Below the pieces are notes generated by a model. It did no database searches, was not told where the DNA came from, and saw nothing but the letters and a program-made list of their open reading frames with translations. Shown piece after piece: positions 46,332 to 57,662 of a stretch of 64,000 bases of DNA (position 1 is the stretch's first letter; the number at the start of each line of letters is the position of its first letter). Source of the stretch: Candidatus Altimarinota bacterium (GTDB taxonomy: Bacteria > Patescibacteriota > Gracilibacteria > UBA4473); contig OZ246423.1 in the NCBI GenBank assembly GCA_965231215.1, positions 1,248,001 through 1,312,000 on the forward strand, read 5' to 3'. The translations under genes and the position numbers were made by a program.

Positions 46332-47126
46332 TTACTCTTGTTTCTTTAACTCACCGGTTAGTACTAAACGGTTTTTATTTGTCCCTACAGGGGTACAGGT
46401 CATCAGCGTAATCAAAAACTTATCGGTAGGCTGGTTTAGTACCTCTACGGCGGTAGGGGGCACTACTTCTGAATACTTCATTTTATAAACGTACTTTTTG
46501 CCTTCCCAGTATACTTCTACCAAATCTCCTACTTTGACTTCATGTAAAAGTGCAAATACATCTTTAAATCGCCCTTTATCCCAAGCATAGTAAGATGAAT
46601 GCCCCGTAATAAAGAAGTTTCCAAAATTTCCAGGGGTATGGGAAATAGGGTGCACTACTACGCCTTGACGAAGTCCTGACTGAATATTTTTTTCTAATTC
46701 ATTCCAGTTTTGGTGGTTTGGCACATTTACAAGCGGCACATTTTTATCAATTCTAGGGATATAAAGCCTATTGTCTGAAGGATAAATCTTCATATCAGAA
46801 AATACTTTCTTAGCTTGGTTTTTGGGGGGGAGATTTTTTCTACGGAAGTTTCTCCGTGATTTCTTTACTTTTTTTAGTCTAAGGGCTTCAATATTTGTTA
46901 TTTCTTCTTCAGTGATTTTGGTCGCTTCTTCACTGGATTCAAAAGTTTCAATTACTGAAGCTTTAAGTTGCTGGTATTTAAAATCGGCAATCTGCCCATA
47001 AGCGTCTTTATTAAGACCCATATGAGCGATACCCCAGATGACCAAACTAACTCCAAAGAAATAGCATAGATCTTTCCAAAGAGGTCTTCGTTTTTCTAGA
47101 TTTTTGAATTCAAATTCGTGATTCAT
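46332..47126 (-). CDS. Sortase family protein
   Basis: N-terminal TM; LYIPRI, ITGHSS (His), ITLMTCTPVGTNKNRL (Cys, Arg). Confidence 0.92.
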   Translation of the reverse strand: MNHEFEFKNLEKRRPLWKDLCYFFGVSLVIWGIAHMGLNKDAYGQIADFKYQQLKASVIETFESSEEATKITEEEITNIEALRLKKVKKSRRNFRRKNLPPKNQAKKVFSDMKIYPSDNRLYIPRIDKNVPLVNVPNHQNWNELEKNIQSGLRQGVVVHPISHTPGNFGNFFITGHSSYYAWDKGRFKDVFALLHEVKVGDLVEVYWEGKKYVYKMKYSEVVPPTAVEVLNQPTDKFLITLMTCTPVGTNKNRLVLTGELKKQE

Positions 47127-47239
47127 ACTAATTTATAAACAAATCACGCGATTTTAGTAAAAAACATTATTTTTGGCAAGTTATACAGGTTGCCAGAATT
47201 AGTATTTTGAGTTTTTTTAAAAGAGTTAAGAAGCGGCAC

Positions 47240-48223
47240 TTAACTCAAATGTTTTGGATCTAAGCCAAATTTAGACCGCACAGTATGAAGCTTGGCCTCA
47301 GCAATAAGGTTCGCTTTTTCAGCTCCTTTTTTTAGAATATTTTCTACTTCTGCGGGATCAGATTCTAGCTTCGTGCGTTTAGCACGCGCTTCAGCAAAAT
47401 AATCCCACACAAATTCAAAGAGTTGTTTTTTGCTCTCCCCAAAACCAATACTTCCCTCTCTATAAGCGTTTTCTAATGTTTCAGTATTGGGATTTCCAAA
47501 AAGTCGGTGATATTGCATGACATTACAGGTATCTGGATCAAGAGGTTCTCCTAGTGCTTTTGACTCTGTCTGGATAGACATAATCTTTTTCTTGATATCT
47601 TTTTCTTCTCCAAAGATTTCAATCGTATTTCCGTAACTTTTTGACATCTTGGCTCCGTCTAGTCCTGGAATGGTCTGTACTTCTTCTTTGATCTGGGATG
47701 TTGGTAGAACAAAAGTCTCTCCAAAATGGTGATTAAATTTTTGGGCTAAGTCTCGAGCCATTTCTACATGTTGTTTTTGATCTTTCCCGACAGGTACTAT
47801 TGCTGCGTCATACAGAATGATATCAGCGGCCATTAAAATAGGATAGGTAAAAAGGCCTACGTTAGCCTCCAATCCCTTAGCCACTTTATCTTTATAGGAA
47901 TGAGCTCTCTCCATCAGTCCAAATGGAGTAAGGCATGAGAGATACCATAAAAGCTCTGTATGTGCCCGAATATCGGATTGACGATAAAATACGGATTTTT
48001 GAGGATCAATGACTATCGCTAACCAATCTAATACCCCAGCTTTTTGATTTTTATGAAACAATTCAGGATCTTGTTTTGAGGTGAAGCTATGCAGATCTGC
48101 TACAAAATAGAAACACTCATTTCCAGGCGTTTCTTGCAGTTTTTTGGCCTGTTTCATCATGCCAAAATAATTCCCTAAATGAGAATTACCACTCGATTGC
48201 ATACCGGTTAAAATTCTGGGCAT
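47240..48223 (-). CDS. trpS: Tryptophan--tRNA ligase
   Basis: HLGNY, YPILMAADI, VPVGKDQKQH.E, KMSKS. Confidence 0.97.
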   Translation of the reverse strand: MPRILTGMQSSGNSHLGNYFGMMKQAKKLQETPGNECFYFVADLHSFTSKQDPELFHKNQKAGVLDWLAIVIDPQKSVFYRQSDIRAHTELLWYLSCLTPFGLMERAHSYKDKVAKGLEANVGLFTYPILMAADIILYDAAIVPVGKDQKQHVEMARDLAQKFNHHFGETFVLPTSQIKEEVQTIPGLDGAKMSKSYGNTIEIFGEEKDIKKKIMSIQTESKALGEPLDPDTCNVMQYHRLFGNPNTETLENAYREGSIGFGESKKQLFEFVWDYFAEARAKRTKLESDPAEVENILKKGAEKANLIAEAKLHTVRSKFGLDPKHLS

Positions 48224-48271
48224 TGACTGTGGCCCAATAGTACTTTTTGTCGATTTTGAAACAAGTAAAAA

Positions 48272-48658
48272 CTACACTTCAGGGACATCTAAACCCTTTG
48301 ATTCCATAATTTTTAAAACTTTTTCTACCACTTCTTGTGGAGTGTAATCAACTTTTCTGAGGTAGGCATCGGCTCCCCCTTCCAATGCCTGGTGTTGGGT
48401 ATAATCTTCAGAGAGATTACTGGTTACTATAATAGGAGCATTGAGCTGAACCTCCTTTTTCAGATCCTTTAGAACCTGAAACCCATCAATATGGGGCATC
48501 ATTATATCTAGCAGTATTACATCCACTCCCCTGCTGTAGGCTAATTTCTTACCGGTCTCTCCATCCTTGGCTTCTAGGACTTCAAATCCAGCACTGCCAA
48601 AGGCCAGAGCAAATAAAGCTCTCAGGTCGCTATTGTCTTCAATAATAAGTATTTTCAT
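48272..48658 (-). CDS. Single-domain response regulator (receiver only)
   Basis: ILIIEDN, ILLDIMMP..DG, GADAYLRK. Confidence 0.92.
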   Translation of the reverse strand: MKILIIEDNSDLRALFALAFGSAGFEVLEAKDGETGKKLAYSRGVDVILLDIMMPHIDGFQVLKDLKKEVQLNAPIIVTSNLSEDYTQHQALEGGADAYLRKVDYTPQEVVEKVLKIMESKGLDVPEV

Positions 48659-48836
48659 GGAGAATTGACTTAAAATTCTATACGAATTTAAAGCAAAAAA
48701 AAACCCCTCAGTCTCATCAAAACTTAATTTATGAAAATGCTAATCATGCAGAGACGCACATATAAAATACGGAATATTTCAAGCCCTGATTTAACATTAT
48801 TTTCCGCTAACCTGAGTATATAAAGACATCGACAGA

Positions 48837-48863
48837 TTTTCACTCGCAAGTAAAGAGTGCTAA
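48837..48863. promoter_or_regulatory. CIRCE element 1 (HrcA operator)
   Basis: TTTTCACTC-GCAAGTAAA-GAGTGCTAA versus consensus TTAGCACTC-N9-GAGTGCTAA. Confidence 0.88.
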
Positions 48864-48869
48864 AAGATC

Positions 48870-48899
48870 TTGACACTCTAGCTTTTGGAGTGCTAAAAT
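48870..48899 (+). promoter_or_regulatory. CIRCE element 2, coincident with the groESL promoter
   Basis: TTGACACTC-TAGCTTTTG-GAGTGCTAA; the left arm contains the -35 TTGACA and the right arm runs into TGc-TAAAAT. Confidence 0.9.
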
Positions 48900-48927
48900 C
48901 CGCACGTTTAATTAATCTCAGAACAAC

Positions 48928-49218
48928 ATGTCCAATCTTACCCCCCTACTTGATAATGTGATTGTGAAACCGCTAGAAGGTGAAACTACCACGGCTTCTG
49001 GAATCGTAATCCCAGACACAGTGTCTAAAGAAAAACCTATGCGTGGCGAAATTATTGCCGTAGGACCAGGAAAAGTAAAAGACGGGCAAAAAATTGAATG
49101 CCCAGTAAAAGTTGGAGACGTAGTAATTTTTACAAAATACGCACCAACAGAAATCAAAGTAGACAATCAAGAACTCTACATCCTTGGATTTGACTCGCTC
49201 TTAGCAGTTGAATCTTAA
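48928..49218 (+). CDS. groES: Co-chaperonin GroES
   Basis: LTPL.D.V.VKP, TTASGIVIPDT..KEKP..G...AVGPG. Confidence 0.97.
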   Translation: MSNLTPLLDNVIVKPLEGETTTASGIVIPDTVSKEKPMRGEIIAVGPGKVKDGQKIECPVKVGDVVIFTKYAPTEIKVDNQELYILGFDSLLAVES

Positions 49219-49237
49219 TTTTTTAAATACTTATTAA

Positions 49238-50890
<1,653 letters not shown>

Positions 50891-50913
50891 ATCTATTCTA
50901 AACTTTAAATTAA

Positions 50914-50955
50914 AAAATCTGCTTAGGGTTTATAAAGACACCTTAAGCAGATTTT
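50914..50955. terminator. Bidirectional hairpin terminator between groEL and the convergent lipoprotein gene
   Basis: AAAATCTGCTTAGGGT...ACCTTAAGCAGATTTT. Confidence 0.8.
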
Positions 50956-53062
50956 AGATTTCTACTACTGTATATTCAAACGGGATAGCTTCTGTATTAA
51001 TGCCTTCGAGTGAACATATATCCTCAAGGGTAGCGAGCGTAAAGAGTAAATTTTGAGTCCCATCACCAATGAAATCACCGGTTTCTTCGCTACAGCTCAC
51101 AAGCGCCATTTCTGTACCGGCTTCATCATGAATATAAAAATATCCAAAATCAGGAACCATTGAACTCATTTCTGAAAACTCAAATCGGCCTTCTAAAAAC
51201 AAAATTTCTTCAAGCCATTCTCCAGCAGTTTGCTCTGCAAGAGGATCAGGGGAAAATCCACTAATCTTGCCTCTTGTTGCCGCTACATTTAGAAAGGTTG
51301 TAGCCAATCTGACATCATTTCGCCTGTTAGAATCCCTATCAAAAGCACCACCTTCAAGTATAACTTCCTCATTCACAGAATCTTCAGCAGAGAATTCTAA
51401 AGTGTCTATTGCTTCAATGTCTTCTACAGGTATTTCACTGTCTGGTGCTTCTGGTTCTCCAACGAGAAGTCCTTCTTCAACGGCTTCACCAATAACTTCT
51501 GCAAGATTTTCAACTAAAGCTTCCTCAACGGGTAAAGGTTCTACTGCTTCTAAGGAGTTTTCAGGAGGCTGAGGCAGGGACAAAAAACAATCATTCGCTA
51601 CTTTCATCATGTAACCTGAAGCCAAATCCATAATCTGAAAATTTTCTGTATCTTCTTTCCTCCACTGCCCTGATTCATTTTGATAACTATTGAGACTTAA
51701 AATTTCACAAGTTCCAGCAACAGAGCTCAAACGATGGTTAAGCATTAACGGAGTAAAGGCCATAAAGTTCCAACCTCCAAAAAGTGCATGTCCATAACCT
51801 TCATACACACTGTCTAAGAGCGTTTGATGTTCAATTGGATAATTATACTCAAGGCTCGTGTCTTGAGGGAGGTTAATAATGACTCCATGAAGTACGAGTT
51901 CTAAATTTCCGTACAATTTTTGGTAAGCCGATTTAAAGCTCTCCCAAAAGCGCCTATCTTCTGTAGGGGGATACGTGATTTTTCGTTTATAAACCGGATC
52001 ATAAAAGAGTGCTGGATTGCCCGCTAAAATATCTTTACCTAAAAATCCTTGAACAATAAGAGATTTAAAGACGGCATATGAAACTAGATTAAGCCCAGCT
52101 TTAAGCACCACAGTTGGCTTAGATTCAGCTACCACTTCAGGTATGCTGGGCATAAATGAAACCCAAAAATCTTCACTATTTATACTTTCTTTATTTTGAT
52201 CGACTTCAAGTAAATCAATCATTAGTGTTTGTGAATCCACTATATCACCAATTCCTGAATCTATAATTTCACCAGGAACAACAATGGTATAATGAGCCTC
52301 CATTCCAAAAGCATCTGGGGAAAACCCTTTTATATTCCCAGCCTCAAGGGCTTCTTCCTGTTCTAAGTCTTCTTCTAAAATATTCTCGTCTTTAGTATTA
52401 TCTTCACCAAAAGTATCTGAGAAAAGATAGATAATGTTGCCATCTTCATTTTCAATCCAGGTAGCTTCATCTACAGGTTTTTTTAGAACTATTTTTCCTA
52501 CTCCTGGGATTTCTGCTTCTTCACAGCTCACAACCTCAAATGCATCATCGGTATCAACCTGGTCGCAAAAATCGGCATCTGGCCCTGCCTGCATATCAAA
52601 CTGAAAGAATTTATTTTTACCACCAAAATTATTACTAAAATCAGTCTCATTAAATACTTGATCTACCTCCCCTACAAAATCTTCTGGCGAAATCTCTTCA
52701 GTTTCTGAAACCATTTTAGGTTCTAAAATTTTGGTAGAAAAGTTTTGAGTTAATGCTGTTGGAACCTCTTCAATAAAGGGGGTCTCTTCCTCTTCTTTGG
52801 TATCAAAAACCTCTAAAAGAGTGGTTTCTGAATCTAAAAAATTTTCTTCTTCAAGTTCAAGCGCTAAATTGGCCGATAAGGTCTCGCCCATAGCTTGAGT
52901 TTGAGAGTCTATGATTTTATAAAGCCCAGACATATCCATCTCAATAACCACTTCCGATGAGCCATCAAAATCCAACGTTTCAGTTATATCAACTTTAAAA
53001 CAGCCACTCAAAAAAAATGGTATTACCCCTACCATTAGAAGCCGAAAAGGCGATTTAATCAT
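50954..53062 (-). CDS. Large acidic lipoprotein; LppM-like N-terminus and pilin-like C-terminal segment
   Basis: Lipobox FLSG-C; very Glu/Asp-rich; RDSNRRNDVRLATTFL near the C-terminus. Confidence 0.75.
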   Translation of the reverse strand: MIKSPFRLLMVGVIPFFLSGCFKVDITETLDFDGSSEVVIEMDMSGLYKIIDSQTQAMGETLSANLALELEEENFLDSETTLLEVFDTKEEEETPFIEEVPTALTQNFSTKILEPKMVSETEEISPEDFVGEVDQVFNETDFSNNFGGKNKFFQFDMQAGPDADFCDQVDTDDAFEVVSCEEAEIPGVGKIVLKKPVDEATWIENEDGNIIYLFSDTFGEDNTKDENILEEDLEQEEALEAGNIKGFSPDAFGMEAHYTIVVPGEIIDSGIGDIVDSQTLMIDLLEVDQNKESINSEDFWVSFMPSIPEVVAESKPTVVLKAGLNLVSYAVFKSLIVQGFLGKDILAGNPALFYDPVYKRKITYPPTEDRRFWESFKSAYQKLYGNLELVLHGVIINLPQDTSLEYNYPIEHQTLLDSVYEGYGHALFGGWNFMAFTPLMLNHRLSSVAGTCEILSLNSYQNESGQWRKEDTENFQIMDLASGYMMKVANDCFLSLPQPPENSLEAVEPLPVEEALVENLAEVIGEAVEEGLLVGEPEAPDSEIPVEDIEAIDTLEFSAEDSVNEEVILEGGAFDRDSNRRNDVRLATTFLNVAATRGKISGFSPDPLAEQTAGEWLEEILFLEGRFEFSEMSSMVPDFGYFYIHDEAGTEMALVSCSEETGDFIGDGTQNLLFTLATLEDICSLEGINTEAIPFEYTVVEI

Positions 53063-53134
53063 TGAAAATGAGTTTATTTTTGTATTTTCTAGGGTATTGT
53101 ATCACAAAAAAAAGTTACATCACAAGCGCTTCCT

Positions 53135-55272
53135 TTACAGTAAGCTAGAGGGGTTTATGTCAATCTTTGCTTGGGACTCTAAATTTAATGAAGTAATAAA
53201 CTCAACTAATTTAGTTTTATTCGGTCCAGTAATAAATACATGAAACCAGTATTGGTTATGTGCACGAGGAAAAAAAGCCGGAGCCCAATTTACTTCAAAT
53301 TCCGCTTCTTTAGTTTCTGATAACTTTTGTTCTAACATTTTATAAGTTCCAAAAGCTTCAGCAAAAGCCTGCGCTTTATCTCTATGTTGAAAAACTATTT
53401 TTCCAACAGTGCTAAATGGAGGGAGCCCCAAAGCTTTGTGTTGATTTAACCGGGCTTCTAAAAATCCTTTGACGTCATGGGTCTTCAAGTAGGTAACAAT
53501 GGATTTTCATCCTGATAAGTCTGAATAATAATTTTGCCTTGGGTATGCCTTCTACCAGCTCTTCCAGATACCTGTTCTAACAGATTGAAAACTCTTTCCT
53601 CTGTGTTGTAGTCAGGCAAATTAAGACCTACATCGGCTAAAATAACCCCAACAGTCTGCACCTTTTCAAAATCCAAGCCTTTGGCCACCATTTGGGTTCC
53701 GAGTAAAATATCAGCTTTATGGTCCTTAAACTGTGCATGAAGTTTTTCAAAATCATATTTACCGGTAATACTATCTTTATCAGCTCTCAGGATAGTTCGG
53801 TTGGGGAAATGTTCTTTTAGTACGGCTTCTACTTGTTGTGTCCCCCACCCTTTGAAACTAAAGTCTTTGTTATTACATTCTGGGCATACTTCTTTAAAAA
53901 TCTCCATCTTCCCACAAGTATGACAAAGCAATGTGGGTTTTCCAGACTTGTGTAGTTTCATAGGTAAATCACAATTTGGACATTTAAAGGTATGCCCACA
54001 GGCACTACAAAAAAGTGAGCCACTCCAGCCACGCTTATTTAAAAATAAAACAGCTTGTTTTCCAGCTTCAAAAGTGGCCTTTAAAGTTTCTACAAGTTTT
54101 TCAGAAAGGGGTGAAAAATTTCCTTTTTTAACTTCATTTTTTAAATCTACAATTTGTATATCTGGTAGATTTGTCCCAAAGATCCGCTCTTTTAATTCTA
54201 CTAATTCAAAATGTGCCTCTTGCACCTGCAAAAAGGTAGCTAATTTAGGAGTAGCGGTACCAAAACATAAACCGGCATTAAACTTTTTTGCCAATATGGC
54301 CACTACATCATGAGTCCAAAATCGAGGGGCAAATTCATTTTTATATGTCCATTCATGTTCTTCATCTACGACAATAGCTTTAAGTTTTGGAAGTGGAACT
54401 AGGCACGCTGACCGGGTGCCTACCAAAATTTGAGCAGCCCCTGTTTGGAGTTGCTTCCATACTTGTACCTTTTCTTGAGGGGTAAGGTTTGAATGCCAAA
54501 CGACCGCCTTACCTGGAAAAAATTGATGAAATTCTGAAAGCAGTTGAGGCGTAAGATTTATCTCTGGAACCAGCATTAAAGCCTGGCCATCCTTCCCTAT
54601 TTTTTCAGCAAGAAATCGTTTATAGATTTCTGTTTTTCCACTCCCCGTTATTCCCCAAAGCAATACGGGCTTGGTTGAATGTATACACCTATCTAAAGCT
54701 TTTTTTTGGAGTGCCGTAAGTCTGTTTTGTTTTTTGGGCTCGTCTGAACTACCAAAATCTTTCCGAGCAATAAGCTTCTTTTGTTCACAAACCAAAAACC
54801 CCTTAGATACAAAATTTTTAAACACGGGTTTTAATTCTTGAGGCACTTTCTGATCCTCAAAAAAGGGGTTCTTTTTAAGCCATTCTAAAAATTCAGTTTG
54901 TTTAGGTCCTTGTCTTTGAGGCTTTTCAAAATCCAGCTTTAGAGAATAAAAACGACTATATTTTTCTGGTACTTCTTTTAGTAAAAAAGGTTCAGGAATC
55001 TGCAAACTTAACACCTTGGCCAGTTTGGTGAAATTGGCTTGGGCTACCTCGCGTGCGAGACTTAAATAATCTTCAGATAAAAAAGATTCATCTAAAATAT
55101 TCAAAACTTCCTGAGTATCAAAATCGCTTGATTCAGTGGCTTCAATCACAATTCCAATTCTTTTTTTGTTTCTAAATAAAACCTGAACCCGAGATCCTAA
55201 AGGAATTTCGACTGTAGAATGCCACGTATAAAAATCAGGCACATTTCGTAAATAAATTCTGTAATAGCGCAT
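53135..55272 (-). CDS. priA: Primosomal protein N' (PriA), interrupted by a 1-nt frameshift near 53490-53508
   Basis: GITGSGKTE, VDEEHE, CxxC Zn motifs, GTQMVAKGLDF, QVSGRAGR; the C-terminus (...LPPFS...WAPAF) continues in ORF 53135..53488 in another frame. Confidence 0.9.
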
Positions 55273-55304
55273 TGAAGACAAAACCATTCTATGTAAAATA
55301 ACAA

Positions 55305-56024
55305 ATGATGAAAGAGCGTACTATAGTAATTTTGCAGGCGTTAGTAGAAGATTTTATTGAAAGCGCCAGCCCGGTGGCTTCAAAGAAGTTACTAGAGGCT
55401 AAAGGATTTAAAATTTCTTCAGCTACCGTAAGAAATGAATTCGCCACACTTGAAGAAGTGGGGCTTATCCAGTCACCTCATGTATCGGCTGGAAAAGTGC
55501 CAACCTCAAAGGGGTATCGATTTTTTGTGGATCAAATGATGGCTGAAAGTGATCAAACTCATTATAAAACAGTTCAGTCTGTTTTTGATAAGTATGCCCA
55601 AGAATACAAATTACAAAAATCTAAAGAAAGTCTACTTGATGCACTACGCATCACCGCTCAGCTTTCTGAAAATGTAGCTTTTACTAGTGTTAATGATGAT
55701 CAAACTTTTTACCTAGGGCTTTCTAATGTGCTGAGAAGTCCGGAGTTTGTGTCTGAACCAGAAAAGGCCGCACAAATTGTAGAAATACTAGAAGGACGGC
55801 AAAGGTTTCAAGCTTTTTTGAACCAGCTAGAGGCAAATGACCGAGAAGTAAAAATATTTATCGGAGAAGAAAATATCCTCGATGAAATTTCTAGTTGTGC
55901 TGTATTGGTGGCGCCTTTTCAAACTCAAAACATGAATGGTTTCTTGGGAATATTGGGGCCAATGCGAATGAATTATGGGTTTAATAAAGCCCTTATTGAA
56001 AATGTTCTAGAGCTAGTAACTTAA
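55305..56024 (+). CDS. hrcA: Heat-inducible transcription repressor HrcA (short form)
   Basis: PVASK.L, SSATVRNE...LEE.G.I..PH.SAG.VPT.KGYRFFVD; G.LGILGP.RMNY; CIRCE sites present in the window. Confidence 0.93.
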   Translation: MMKERTIVILQALVEDFIESASPVASKKLLEAKGFKISSATVRNEFATLEEVGLIQSPHVSAGKVPTSKGYRFFVDQMMAESDQTHYKTVQSVFDKYAQEYKLQKSKESLLDALRITAQLSENVAFTSVNDDQTFYLGLSNVLRSPEFVSEPEKAAQIVEILEGRQRFQAFLNQLEANDREVKIFIGEENILDEISSCAVLVAPFQTQNMNGFLGILGPMRMNYGFNKALIENVLELVT

Positions 56025-56693
56025 ATCATACAACATTTCTCTATCAACCCCTGTAGTGTTAAAGAAGGGGCTTGAAAAATTTAGAGTCGAAAATTGAAAG
56101 TCATAACCAGGTATATTGATGCTTTCAGAGTTTTTAGATACAGCTTTTTCTGCGGGATTAATTTCCACAGGATTACACTGAAAGTGTTCAGCTTTTAAAT
56201 GTTTCTCTCCCCAATTCTGCAAATCTGGAGTTCCGACAATAACCGCCTCTTTTTTTCGCTTGTTCCATGCCGCAATAAGATACCCTGGATTTTTTTTATC
56301 ACGAAAATCTGCATGAATCCTCATAAGCTTTTGAGGCCAGTAGGAAAAAATATAACAGGTATCCTTTGACGGTTTAGCGACACTAAATTTTCTCTCAATA
56401 AAAAGCTGAGCGAGGGTTTTGGTCGCTTTGAATGGATATTTTTTTCTCTCATCTTTGAGGGGAACCGCATAATCATTAGGCGAATGAATATAGGCATACT
56501 TAGAACGAGAATCTTGATCCATACTGTCGGTTTCAATCATCAAAGCCATTTTATTAAGCTGCCCTTGGACTTTAGTATCATGACTGACCAATAAGTATTT
56601 ATTAATCTGAAACACAAAAACCCCAATAAAAAATATAACCAGCAGAGCCACCATGATGACTTTTAGAGGCGAATCTCCAGATTTCTTTTTCAT
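56013..56693 (-). CDS. Pilin-like membrane-anchored hypothetical protein
   Basis: MKKKSG-DSPLKVIMVALLVIFF...SHDTKVQGQLNKMALMIE resembles a type IV pilin N-terminal helix with a degenerate cleavage motif. Confidence 0.55.
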   Translation of the reverse strand: MKKKSGDSPLKVIMVALLVIFFIGVFVFQINKYLLVSHDTKVQGQLNKMALMIETDSMDQDSRSKYAYIHSPNDYAVPLKDERKKYPFKATKTLAQLFIERKFSVAKPSKDTCYIFSYWPQKLMRIHADFRDKKNPGYLIAAWNKRKKEAVIVGTPDLQNWGEKHLKAEHFQCNPVEINPAEKAVSKNSESINIPGYDFQFSTLNFSSPFFNTTGVDREMLYDLSY

Positions 56694-56702
56694 TGGTCCA
56701 AA

Positions 56703-57662
56703 TTATACAAAATTATTAAGGCGAGTGCCACGTCGAATTAATTTTCGGTTTATATCTACTCCACTGAGTTCACATCCTTCATCAATAACACTTCGAGAGA
56801 TATAGCAATTTTTGAGTTTTGTATTGGGGTAAATGATTGAATCTACGATAGTACAATTTTTGATCTCGCACCCACTACCAGCATATACTTTCCCTTCAAT
56901 TCTGTTTGTATCAGCTTTTATATTGGCATGCTTAAATGAATCTTTTTGTAAGGCTTTGTGTGCTTCCAAATAGGTATCATAATCCCCTACGTCAAACCAG
57001 GAATCAACTTCAATAGCTAAAACTTCAGCTTTTTTTTCAAGTAAGATTTCAAACACAGCTCCCAAAGCATCTGGTGTTTTTTTGGCCTGGGAAGCTACAT
57101 AACCAAGTAAATGCTTACCAATTCCAAAAAAAGCGGTAGACACATACTTGGATTCAGGATTTTGTGGTTTCTCCTGAAAATGTAAAACGTGGTGATGGGC
57201 TCCTATTTTTTCACCAAGCTTTATAACCCCAAATCTTTGAGCCTCATGTAGATTTTCAACCTGAAATGTAGTTAATATAGCTTGATTAGATTTTGGGTAA
57301 ATCGTTTTCAGATCCAAATCTGGAACTAAATTATCCCCGGCTAAAATAATAACACTGTCAGTAATCTTAAAGTGATCCAAAACCAAAGCTACCGCTGATA
57401 AAGCGCCTGGTTTGTTTTGGTCTGAATGAGCATCTTCGCAAAAAATTTCAATATTGAGATCTGGGAATTTTTTAATTTCTTTTTCAAAGTCTTTATAAAA
57501 AATAGAGTTGGTAGAAATAATAACTCGGTCCTCCGGCGAAACCTTTTTCAATTTATGAGCTAAAATAGTTTTACCATCCAAAAGTAATAATGGTTTAGCT
57601 CTTTTCTCTGTTAAGGGCCAGAGTCTTGTAGCAAATCCACCAGCCAAGATAATAATATTCAT
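56703..57662 (-). CDS. Sugar-phosphate nucleotidyltransferase (NTP_transferase plus left-handed beta-helix)
   Basis: IILAGGFATRLWPLT...KPLL, AGDN, FQEKP, WFDVG. Confidence 0.9.
   Translation of the reverse strand: MNIIILAGGFATRLWPLTEKRAKPLLLLDGKTILAHKLKKVSPEDRVIISTNSIFYKDFEKEIKKFPDLNIEIFCEDAHSDQNKPGALSAVALVLDHFKITDSVIILAGDNLVPDLDLKTIYPKSNQAILTTFQVENLHEAQRFGVIKLGEKIGAHHHVLHFQEKPQNPESKYVSTAFFGIGKHLLGYVASQAKKTPDALGAVFEILLEKKAEVLAIEVDSWFDVGDYDTYLEAHKALQKDSFKHANIKADTNRIEGKVYAGSGCEIKNCTIVDSIIYPNTKLKNCYISRSVIDEGCELSGVDINRKLIRRGTRLNNFV

Noticed and set aside
48730-48741. 12-bp identity TATGAAAATGCT with 2098-2109 as a possible att pair
   Set aside because: It is a short AT-rich match expected by chance, and the 46 kb between the copies is core housekeeping DNA.
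48789-48816. XerD-arm-like TAATGTTAAAT on the - strand
   Set aside because: No XerC-like arm ending in ATAA at the 6-bp spacing.
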